Positions 1-6,324 of a stretch of 11,829 nt of DNA are shown here, one piece after another. The notes beneath the pieces were generated by a model. It made no database searches. It saw only the letters and a program-made list of their open reading frames with translations, and was not told the origin of the DNA. Position 1 is the first letter of the stretch, and each line of letters opens with the position of its first letter. The translations under genes and the position numbers were made by a program. Source of the stretch: an uncultured archaeon (lineage in GTDB: Archaea > Iainarchaeota > Iainarchaeia > Iainarchaeales > 0-14-0-20-30-16); assembly GCA_964480435.1 (NCBI GenBank), contig CAYZSS010000016.1, positions 6,554 to 18,382 on the forward strand, in the 5' to 3' direction.

Positions 1-335
1 GATTTGAGAAAGCAATACTAGAAAATAAAGATAAAATAAAATGTATTGGACACCCAGACCTTAAACCACAACAGAATGCTTGGTCAGAGATAGATACATC
101 TAAGCACATAGATATTGACAGACTTACAGAGTTTGCAAATAAGCACAAAATTCCTTTAGAACTAAATGGTTCTAATTTATTAAATGGTAAATCTAATTTG
201 GATATATTAAGAAAAATGTTAGAAAAGGCAAAACTAATTATGGTTAACAGCGATGCCCATAATCTTTACCAATTAAAAGAAGCAAGAACTGTTGCTTATG
301 ATTTCCTGAGAAAAGAAGGGTATTTGAAAGAATAA
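1..335 (+). CDS. PHP-family metal-dependent phosphoesterase, C-terminal fragment (5' end lies outside the window)
   Basis: Frame 3 is open from the window edge to TAA at 333-335. It is absent from the ORF track because no start codon lies in the window. Translation: FEKAILENKDKIKCIGHPDLKPQQ...IPLELNGSNLLNGKS...KLIMVNSDAHNLYQLKEARTVAYDFLRKEGYLKE*. The succession xGHP ... ExNG ... NSDAH is the C-terminal metal-ligand pattern of PHP domains (COG1387 / PolX C-terminal type). Confidence 0.55.
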   Translation, partial: FEKAILENKDKIKCIGHPDLKPQQNAWSEIDTSKHIDIDRLTEFANKHKIPLELNGSNLLNGKSNLDILRKMLEKAKLIMVNSDAHNLYQLKEARTVAYDFLRKEGYLKE

Positions 336-339
336 TAAA

Positions 340-606
340 TTATTTATAAATATTATCATGATGATCAAAGTCAACAAACTCAATTTTATTTTTTTCTTTA
401 ATAAATTTAAAAACAAGTACAAAATGTCCAATATGAACTCTTTTTCTATCTTTCATATCATATCTTAAATTTTTATAATGCTTTACCTCTTCCGTAGTTA
501 TAATTTCTTCAATTTTTGTCATTACTTGTTCATACAGCGGTTTATTCTTTTTTGATAATTTGATAAGACCGTCTTTAAGACAAGGAAGAATTTCATAGGA
601 ATACAT
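340..606 (-). CDS. RelE/ParE-superfamily type II toxin (mRNA interferase-like), 88 aa
   Basis: The ORF-track entry 340..618 begins at a TTG. The first ATG (606-604) lies 1 nt after the stop of the upstream small gene (minus-strand TAAAATG), the classic antitoxin-toxin coupling. Small basic protein MYSYEILPCLKDGLIKLSKKNKPLYEQVMTKIEEI...KNLRYDMKDRKRVHIGHFVLVFKFIKEKNKIEFVDFDHHDNIYK. It follows the RelE-fold pattern: N-terminal helices, then R-x-(R/H)-(I/V)-G-x-(Y/F)-(R/V)-(L/V)-(I/V)-(Y/F), then a C-terminal H-x-x-x-x-Y. Confidence 0.65.
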   Translation of the reverse strand: MYSYEILPCLKDGLIKLSKKNKPLYEQVMTKIEEIITTEEVKHYKNLRYDMKDRKRVHIGHFVLVFKFIKEKNKIEFVDFDHHDNIYK

Positions 607-607
607 T

Positions 608-856
608 TTAGCCCTCAATTATTTTTCTAAGTTCTCCTATGCTCTTAAAAGGTATTCCCTTTTGTTTTTCAAGAGTTTTTAACTTTTCAAGGTATTCTTC
701 TTTTAATTCAGGTTCAACTTCATTTGTTCCATAGATATCAATAAATTTATTAAGGGCTTCACTTTTATCTTTCAAATTATATTTTGCTTTTATTACTCCT
801 AAAACCCTATTCGAATAATCAGTCAATAATACTCTTGCAGATATTACTTCAGACAC
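608..856 (-). CDS. putative antitoxin (RelB/RHH-like N-terminus, acidic helical C-terminus), about 82 aa, GTG start
   Basis: Sits directly upstream of the toxin and is coupled to it. There is no internal ATG. GTG at 856-854 is preceded by GAGGTG plus a 6-nt spacer (minus strand TTGAGGTGTATATTGTGTCTGAA); GTG at 865-863 is an alternative. Product (M)SEVISARVLLTDYSNRVLGVIKAKYNLKDKSEALNKFIDIYGTNEVEPELKEEYLEKLKTLEKQKGIPFKSIGELRKIIEG. Its short beta-strand, helix-helix and charged tail resemble archaeal RelB-type antitoxins. The family assignment is not verified. Confidence 0.5.
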   Translation of the reverse strand: MSEVISARVLLTDYSNRVLGVIKAKYNLKDKSEALNKFIDIYGTNEVEPELKEEYLEKLKTLEKQKGIPFKSIGELRKIIEG

Positions 857-900
857 AATATACACCTCAAATACACACAGTATACATACAATAGACACAA
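851..900 (-). promoter_or_regulatory. ACACA/ATACA repeat cluster at the 5' end of the TA cassette (candidate operator/promoter)
   Basis: Plus strand: AGACACAA at 851-858 and again at 893-900, a 42-bp spacing. ATACAC occurs at 860-865 and 871-876, ATACAT at 882-887 and ATACAA at 886-891. GTATAC (a palindrome) lies at 880-885. The first repeat overlaps the proposed GTG start. Confidence 0.3.
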
Positions 901-970
901 AAAGGATTATAAACCTTACTGCAGATAAGCAGGTAAAAAGAGCACAGCAAGGCAACCCTTATATACTTTT

Positions 971-986
971 ATGAATATATATTCAT
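971..986. promoter_or_regulatory. perfect 16-bp palindrome ATGAATATATATTCAT in a divergent intergenic region
   Basis: Read directly: 971-986 equals its own reverse complement. It lies 29-44 nt upstream of the DUF5320-like ATG (1015) and about 115 nt upstream of the antitoxin start on the other strand. The central ATATAT could also serve as a TATA element. Confidence 0.35.
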
Positions 987-1014
987 TACTAACTACAAAA
1001 AGGAGGTAATAAAT

Positions 1015-1161
1015 ATGCCAAATAAAGATGGAACAGGACCAGAAGGAAAAGGTTCAAAGACAGGAATAGGTCTAGGAAAATGTGGTAAAAATGACAACTC
1101 TGAAGTAAGCCCACAAAGATTAGGACAAGGAAGAGGCCTAAGAAGAAGAGCCACAAACTAA
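1015..1161 (+). CDS. DUF5320-like small protein, 48 aa (not in the supplied ORF track)
   Basis: ATG at 1015 is preceded by AGGAGGT (1001-1007) with a 7-nt spacer; TAA at 1159-1161. Translation: MPNKDGTGPEGKGSKTGIGLGKCGKNDNSEVSPQRLGQGRGLRRRATN. The N-terminus MPxxDGTGPxGxGxxTGxGxGxC matches the DUF5320 signature as I recall it. This family characteristically neighbours DUF134 genes, as it does here. Confidence 0.6.
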   Translation: MPNKDGTGPEGKGSKTGIGLGKCGKNDNSEVSPQRLGQGRGLRRRATN

Positions 1162-1205
1162 GTAAATAAGTATTGGGGTGTATGCATATGCCAAGACCAA
1201 AAAAG

Positions 1206-1230
1206 CAATTTGGAAGAAGCAAATTGTTTT
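1206..1230 (+). promoter_or_regulatory. AT-rich hairpin followed by T4 (possible attenuator or weak terminator) between the DUF5320-like and DUF134 genes
   Basis: CAATTTG (1206-1212), loop GAAGAAG (1213-1219), CAAATTG (1220-1226), then TTTT (1227-1230). The arms are exact reverse complements. The stem has only 2 G:C pairs, so stability is low. Confidence 0.25.
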
Positions 1231-1257
1231 AGGGTCTCGCAAATAAAGAGGATTATT

Positions 1258-1536
1258 ATGCCAAGACCAAGAAAGTGTAGAAGAATTAGGGGAAATCCAT
1301 CACAAGAATTATTTAAACCTAATAGCATAATGGGAAGAAATCTAGAAATAATTCAGTTAAATGATGATGAATTTGAAGCAGTAAGGTTAAGAGATCTAGA
1401 AGAAATGGATCAAAACACCTCTGCTGAAATGATGGGTATTTCCCAGCCTACTTTTCATAGACTACTTATTTCTGCAAGAAAAAAAATTGCAGATGCAATC
1501 ATAAATAAAAAAGCACTTAAAATTGGAAAAGAATAA
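1258..1536 (+). CDS. DUF134 / UPF0251 family predicted DNA-binding protein, 92 aa
   Basis: The ORF track starts at a TTG (1210). The family-typical N-terminus MPRPRKCRRI begins at ATG 1258, preceded by AAAGAGGA. The rest matches the DUF134 pattern: MPRPRKCRRIRGNPSQELFKP...LEIIQLNDDEFEAVRLRDLEEMDQNTSAEMMGISQPTFHRLLISARKKIADAIINKKALKI. This includes a sigma-70 region-4-like HTH. Confidence 0.8.
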   Translation: MPRPRKCRRIRGNPSQELFKPNSIMGRNLEIIQLNDDEFEAVRLRDLEEMDQNTSAEMMGISQPTFHRLLISARKKIADAIINKKALKIGKE

Positions 1537-1537
1537 G

Positions 1538-2494
1538 TTAAATAAATTTAAGTTTATAATATTTTTCTAAGGAGTACACAAATATAGATTTCAAACCACC
1601 AAACTCTTGTTTAAAGTTATCAATTATTGTATTTAATTCTTGATAATTTCTTACTTCTACATTTGGTTCAAAGTCAAAGTCACTAAGAGAATAATCAACA
1701 TAAACAACATTATCCAAGTTCGCGGCAACGGATAATAATTTTTCATAATCTACATTAGAATTAAGAGTAAGCCCCAATTTGTAGTATTCATACCCCAACT
1801 TTGACCTATTTATATTTATTGAATATCCCATAATTACCTTATTTTTTTCTAGATTTTTTAATCTATTATTTACTGTCTTTAATGACAGATTTAGCCTTTT
1901 TGCTATTTCCTTTTTTGTAATTCTTGCGTCTTCTGAAAGAAATTCCAATAATGTTAGATCCATATTATCATAATCCACTATTCCTTCGTGCCCAGTACAG
2001 AAAAAAGAGCGGTCTTTGTTTTCATCAATAAGGTAGTTTCTGTTAAAAAAATAAGTCTTAAGATACAAATCAATTCTAAAAGACCCAATATATTGCCCAA
2101 ATTTTTTCTTAATATCAGATACGAGAACATCAAATTCCTTACTTGACTTCAACCAACTCTGTATACCAAGATCAATTCCAGTAACTCCTTTACCAACAAT
2201 TGCAACTTTATCATTATTTATTAACCATTGAATCATTTCTTTCTCTTTCTCTTTATCTATATTTGTAAGGGTAATATAAATCCTATACCCACAGTAGCCT
2301 AATTTAGAATAATCAACTACAACATATGATCCAATAATAATTTTATCATCATAGAGTTTTTTTATCCGATAATAAATAGATGATTCACTTAGCCCAACTG
2401 ATTTTGCAAGTTTTTTTGTGTCAACTCTCGCATTTTTTGTTAATTCATATACTATTTTACGATCTTTCTTGTCCATTTTAAAGAATACAAGCAT
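1538..2494 (-). CDS. tandem-duplicated Lrp/AsnC-family transcriptional regulator (two HTH_AsnC plus two RAM-like domains)
   Basis: First module: DKKDRKIVYELTKNARVDTKKLAKSVGLSESSIYYRIKKLYDDKIIIGSYVVVDYSKLGY. Second module: DNMDLTLLEFLSEDARITKKEIAKRLNLSLKTVNNRLKNLEKNKVIMGYSININRSKLGYEY. A beta-alpha-beta effector-like segment follows each. The start may be ATG 2494 or ATG 2476 (MDKKDRKIV...), and neither has a clear SD. The gene is divergent from SBP gene 2617..3729. Confidence 0.8.
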   Translation of the reverse strand: MLVFFKMDKKDRKIVYELTKNARVDTKKLAKSVGLSESSIYYRIKKLYDDKIIIGSYVVVDYSKLGYCGYRIYITLTNIDKEKEKEMIQWLINNDKVAIVGKGVTGIDLGIQSWLKSSKEFDVLVSDIKKKFGQYIGSFRIDLYLKTYFFNRNYLIDENKDRSFFCTGHEGIVDYDNMDLTLLEFLSEDARITKKEIAKRLNLSLKTVNNRLKNLEKNKVIMGYSININRSKLGYEYYKLGLTLNSNVDYEKLLSVAANLDNVVYVDYSLSDFDFEPNVEVRNYQELNTIIDNFKQEFGGLKSIFVYSLEKYYKLKFI

Positions 2495-2616
2495 AAAAAT
2501 AATTAAAAAGGTTTCTTTTTTTCTAAAAAACCAAAAAAGGTTATAAATAATTCCCGCCCCCAGTAGTTTCTATATATTAACTCAAAAGAGGAATCACTTT
2601 TTAGGGAGCAGATACT

Positions 2617-3729
2617 ATGGAGAGCAAAACTAGAATTTTTGTCATAAGTAGCGCATTAATAATTTTGGTTATTGTTGCAATAACTACGGTTTCAACTACC
2701 GGTTTATTTGGCTTAACAAATAAAAACACAATAAAGATTGGTTTTACTACACCCCTCTCTGGAGATGCAGCAGCATGGGGAATATCAATTAAAGAGGGTT
2801 TTGATTATAAAGTTAAACAGATTAATAACTCCGGAGGAATAAATGGCAAAATAATAGAAATAATTTATGAAGATGACCAATGTGATGCAAAACAAGGAGT
2901 TATCGCATTTAACAAGTTGATTGATACAGACAAGGTAAAAATAATTACTGGAAGTGCTTGTTCTTCAGTTGCTTTAGCCGTGATTCCAATAACACAGCAG
3001 AATAGAGTTTTATATCTTGCCAGCGGAGCTACTGAAGATTCTGTTCCTAGACAAGGGGATTTAGTTTTTAGGATTTGGCCATCTGATTTTTATGAAACTA
3101 AAGTAATTGCAAACTATGCTATCAACAAATTAATACTAAAAAACTTTGCAACAATTTATGTTTCTGATTACATTTCCAGTAAATCATTAAATAACAAATT
3201 TATTGAGATAATTAAAGAAAATAACAAAAACATACTTATTCAAGAAAGTGTGTTAACACAAAATAAAGACTTCACAACCACGATTACCAAGGTTTTAGAT
3301 AAAAATCCAGAAGCAATTTACATTCCCGCCCAACCAGAAATAACAGTCTTACTAATAAACCAATTAAAGAAATTAGGATATAAAGGATACATCTTACCAT
3401 ATGGAGCAGCCTTACAAACAGAAGGAGTTTTGAATAGTATATACAGCAAAGAAAAAATTATCTTTGCGGAACCAAAGCGGTTACAATTAACTTCTTTTTG
3501 GAAAGAATACAAAGCAGATACTGATAAAGAGGCAGATACCTTATCAGCATTAGGGTATGACTCTGCTCTTTTGCTAGAATTAGGGCTTAAAGAGTGTGGA
3601 GAGAGCAATGAATGTATAAAAAATTATTGGCTAAACACAAAAGAATTCAATCTAACAAGAGCAAATATATCTTTTGATCAGTATGGGGATGCAGATGGTT
3701 TTGAGTTTGAAGTAAAAGAGTTAAAATAA
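2617..3729 (+). CDS. LivK/LivJ-type (Peripla_BP_6) substrate-binding protein, N-terminal membrane anchor (SBP1)
   Basis: Hydrophobic N-terminus IFVISSALIILVIVAITTV, then IKIGFTTPLSGDAAAWGISIKEGFDYKVKQINNSGGINGKIIEIIYEDDQCDAKQGVIAFNKLIDTDKVKIITGSACSSVALAV...VFRIWPSD. This is the canonical type-I periplasmic binding protein signature of branched-chain amino acid / amide binding proteins. Confidence 0.85.
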   Translation: MESKTRIFVISSALIILVIVAITTVSTTGLFGLTNKNTIKIGFTTPLSGDAAAWGISIKEGFDYKVKQINNSGGINGKIIEIIYEDDQCDAKQGVIAFNKLIDTDKVKIITGSACSSVALAVIPITQQNRVLYLASGATEDSVPRQGDLVFRIWPSDFYETKVIANYAINKLILKNFATIYVSDYISSKSLNNKFIEIIKENNKNILIQESVLTQNKDFTTTITKVLDKNPEAIYIPAQPEITVLLINQLKKLGYKGYILPYGAALQTEGVLNSIYSKEKIIFAEPKRLQLTSFWKEYKADTDKEADTLSALGYDSALLLELGLKECGESNECIKNYWLNTKEFNLTRANISFDQYGDADGFEFEVKELK

Positions 3730-3738
3730 CCGTCTTTT

Positions 3739-4446
3739 TCATCCACCAAAGAATACTTTCTCTAATTTCTTATCTTTAAGCAGGTCCGAGCTTTTTCCAA
3801 ATAACTTTAACTCTCCATTCTCTAGAACTACAGTTTTATCTGTGAACTCCATTGCCTTCTTTGCATTCTGCTCAACCATCAAAACAAGAACACCAGACTT
3901 TGCAATCTCTTTGATTTTTGTGAAAGTGTCTTTGATTAATTTTGGGCTTAAACCTAAAGATGGTTCGTCCAGAAGCAATACTTTTGGAGATAGCATCATT
4001 GCTCTTCCTATTGCAAGCATTTGTTGTTGCCCACCACTTAAAGCATAAGATAGTTTTTTCTTAAACTTGTGTAACTCAGGAAAGAATTTGTAAACTACTT
4101 CTAGGTTCTGTTGAATTATTTTTTTATCTTTCAAGTGGTAGTTCCCAATAAGCAAGTTCTCTTCCACTGTCATTTCTGGGAAGTTTATTCTTCCTTGTGG
4201 AACATATGCAATTCCTTCAAAGATAAGTTCGTAAGGTTTTAATCCCACAAGCTCTTTATTCTCAAATTTAATACTTGATCCTTTTTCCACAGTAGCAATA
4301 TTAAATATACTTTTCAGGACAGTAGACTTACCAGCACCATTTGGACCAATAATAGAAACAAACTCCCCTGGTTTAAACTGAAGAGTAATATTTTTAAGAA
4401 CTTTTAGTTCTTCGTATCCTGAATTAAGGTTATGTATACTCAACAT
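3739..4446 (-). CDS. livF: branched-chain amino acid ABC transporter ATP-binding protein LivF
   Basis: Walker A GPNGAGKST, signature LSGGQQQMLAIGRAMM, Walker B LLLLDEPSLGLSP, then the LivF-typical MVEQNAKKA and C-terminal FFGG. The start directly abuts the livG stop (4447). Confidence 0.9.
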   Translation of the reverse strand: MLSIHNLNSGYEELKVLKNITLQFKPGEFVSIIGPNGAGKSTVLKSIFNIATVEKGSSIKFENKELVGLKPYELIFEGIAYVPQGRINFPEMTVEENLLIGNYHLKDKKIIQQNLEVVYKFFPELHKFKKKLSYALSGGQQQMLAIGRAMMLSPKVLLLDEPSLGLSPKLIKDTFTKIKEIAKSGVLVLMVEQNAKKAMEFTDKTVVLENGELKLFGKSSDLLKDKKLEKVFFGG

Positions 4447-5196
4447 TTATTCACCTAAATATGCTTCCAATACTGCTTTGTTCTTCTTTACTTGGCTTGG
4501 AGGTCCTTTTGCAATTATTTCTCCTTGTGCCAGCACATAAACAACATCAGCAATATCCATTACAAATTCCATATCGTGCTCAATTAACAGAATTGATTTG
4601 CCTTCTTTCTTTTCTTCTAATAGGATTTTTTTTATCTCTGTTCTCAACTTTGGAGTTACACCTGCCACTGGCTCGTCCAACATTAAAAGTTCATGTGGTT
4701 TTGCTAAAGCAACAGCCAAATCCAAAAGTTTTCTTTGGCCATAACTTAAATTATGTGCTAAAGTATCTGCTCTTTTATCTAGTCCAACCCTATCTAAGGC
4801 AATTCTTAGTTGTTCCTCTTTAAGTTTTGTTTTTGTAAAAAGATTCTTAAAAAAATTAGTATCATCATTGTTCAATGCAAACTCAATATGGTCAGCTAAT
4901 TCCAAATTCTTAAATAGTCTTACCTGCTGAAAAGTTCTTGCAATTCCTTGGTTCGCAATCCTATATGCACTTAATCCAGTTATTTCTTTATTCATGAAAT
5001 AAATTTTTCCATGATCTTGTTTTTGTAATCCAGAGATTATTTCAAAGAGAGTAGATTTTCCACTTCCATTAGGCCCGATAAGAGCAGTTATTTTTCCAGA
5101 AGTTACAGTAAGAGAAGCATTATTCAGGGCTTTCACTCCACCAAATGCTTTTGTTACTCCCTTTACTTCTAATATACTTTCCATATCATCACTCAT
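4447..5196 (-). CDS. livG: branched-chain amino acid ABC transporter ATP-binding protein LivG
   Basis: KAFGGVKALNNASL, Walker A GPNGSGKST, the LivG-typical IARTFQQVRLF, signature LSYGQRKLLDLAVAL, Walker B LLMLDEPVAG and H-loop LIEHDM. ATG 5196 overlaps the SBP2 stop (ATGAGTGA). An alternative ATG lies at 5184. Confidence 0.9.
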   Translation of the reverse strand: MSDDMESILEVKGVTKAFGGVKALNNASLTVTSGKITALIGPNGSGKSTLFEIISGLQKQDHGKIYFMNKEITGLSAYRIANQGIARTFQQVRLFKNLELADHIEFALNNDDTNFFKNLFTKTKLKEEQLRIALDRVGLDKRADTLAHNLSYGQRKLLDLAVALAKPHELLMLDEPVAGVTPKLRTEIKKILLEEKKEGKSILLIEHDMEFVMDIADVVYVLAQGEIIAKGPPSQVKKNKAVLEAYLGE

Positions 5197-6286
5197 ACTT
5201 TACGAACTGCCCATCTTTAACTTGCCATATTGCAAATGGTTTTAATGTACCACCATCACTAACAATAGTTGTTAATCCAGTGACACCATTAAAATCTTTT
5301 ATTTTATATAGTTCTGTTTTTATACATTCTTTATTAGAACCACAAATATTACCCACATAATAATACATTTTAATTATGTCATAAGCTAATCCAGCACGAT
5401 AATTAGGATTATACCCATATTTTTCATTAAACATCTTAAAAAAAATCGGCTCTGTTTTTTCGTCAAATGGTGATGATGTTACAATTAATCCTTCTGCTGC
5501 AATCTTAGCTGCATTTATTATTGTTTGCTCTTGTGCTCCCCAATAACTAAACACAGGCAAATTTACATCTTGTTTTTTTAATTCGATTAATATTTCTGAT
5601 AACTCAGAAGCATACCCTATCATATAAACTACATCAGGATTTGCATCTTTTAATTTTAATATTATTGTTGCAAAATCAACATTATTTAATGGGTAAACTT
5701 CTTTTAATACTACTTTCTTTCCTTCGGCTTTCCACCCTTTCTCCAAAATACCCAAATATTGTTTGCCAAATTCTGCTTCAGAAGCAATAATAGCTAAGTT
5801 GTTATAATCAAACTTGTTTGATATATATTGCAATAAATAATTTATATCTTCTTCACCAATAAAATTATTTACAAACACATAATCTCCTGAATTTAATATA
5901 GAAGTAGCTACTGCAATAGTAAATACAGGCATTTTATCAGATTCTGCTAAAGGAGCAATAGCCAAAGTAATATTACTCATTGCAGTAACAACCATACTAA
6001 CTCCTTTTTGTTTTAAAAGATTATATGCATTAACTGCTTGAACTGGACTACCTGCACAGTCTTCATAAATTATTTCTAAAACAATTGGATCATTACTATC
6101 CTGAATTGCTAATTCAATTCCTTTTTTTAAATCCTCTCCAATATATGCATTGTTTCCAGATAAAGGCAAGATAGCTCCGACTTTAATTATTTTTGAATTA
6201 TTTACTCCACAAAAAGAGATTACTATAAGAAAAACAATTAACAAAACCACAACTAATCCAATACCATAACTCAAAAATTTATTCAT
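5189..6286 (-). CDS. livK: LivK/LivJ-type substrate-binding protein, membrane/lipid anchored (SBP2, operonic)
   Basis: Hydrophobic N-terminus with Cys (LIVISFCG), then IKVGAILPLSGNNAYIGEDLKKGIELAI...EIIYEDCAGSPVQAVNAYNLL. C-terminus IKDFNGVTGLTTIVSDGG...WQVKDGQFV. SD GAGGAG lies 10 nt upstream of ATG 6286. Confidence 0.85.
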   Translation of the reverse strand: MNKFLSYGIGLVVVLLIVFLIVISFCGVNNSKIIKVGAILPLSGNNAYIGEDLKKGIELAIQDSNDPIVLEIIYEDCAGSPVQAVNAYNLLKQKGVSMVVTAMSNITLAIAPLAESDKMPVFTIAVATSILNSGDYVFVNNFIGEEDINYLLQYISNKFDYNNLAIIASEAEFGKQYLGILEKGWKAEGKKVVLKEVYPLNNVDFATIILKLKDANPDVVYMIGYASELSEILIELKKQDVNLPVFSYWGAQEQTIINAAKIAAEGLIVTSSPFDEKTEPIFFKMFNEKYGYNPNYRAGLAYDIIKMYYYVGNICGSNKECIKTELYKIKDFNGVTGLTTIVSDGGTLKPFAIWQVKDGQFVKYE

Positions 6287-6324
6287 ACAATCACAGCTCC
6301 TCTATCCAACTAAATAAATATATT

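Noticed and set aside
857-955. N-terminal 33-aa extension of the antitoxin ORF (MPCCALFTCLSAVRFIILFVSIVCILCVFEVYI), which looks like a Cys-rich TM helix
   Set aside because: It starts at a TTG with no SD. The segment is the translation of the ACACA/ATACA repeat DNA. An SD (GAGGTG) sits just before GTG 856, inside the extension. A membrane-anchored antitoxin is possible but unsupported.
989-1222. 77-aa minus-strand ORF from the ORF track (MLLPNCFFGLGICIHPNTYLLSLWLFF...)
   Set aside because: It is a low-complexity Leu/Phe-rich translation lying antisense to the SD-preceded DUF5320-like ORF (1015-1161) and the mini-ORF region. It has no recognisable motif or RBS and is most likely a shadow ORF of purine-rich coding sequence.
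1210-1257. Upstream extension of the DUF134 ORF (MEEANCFRVSQIKRII...)
   Set aside because: It begins at a TTG. The family-defining N-terminus MPRPRKCRR begins at ATG 1258, which has its own AAAGAGGA element.
2553-2561. Isolated GC island CCCGCCCCC in the otherwise A/T-rich Lrp/SBP1 intergenic region
   Set aside because: It is striking by eye but has no partner repeat, no complementary arm and no recognisable motif. It is too short to interpret and is mentioned only as a possible landmark between two TATA-like elements.
3318-5360. ORF-track entries 3318-3608(-), 3842-4048(+), 4461-4823(+) and 5145-5360(+)
   Set aside because: All are fully antisense to, and nested in, confidently identified SBP1, livF, livG and SBP2 genes. 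Their translations are low-complexity with no motifs, so they are shadow ORFs.
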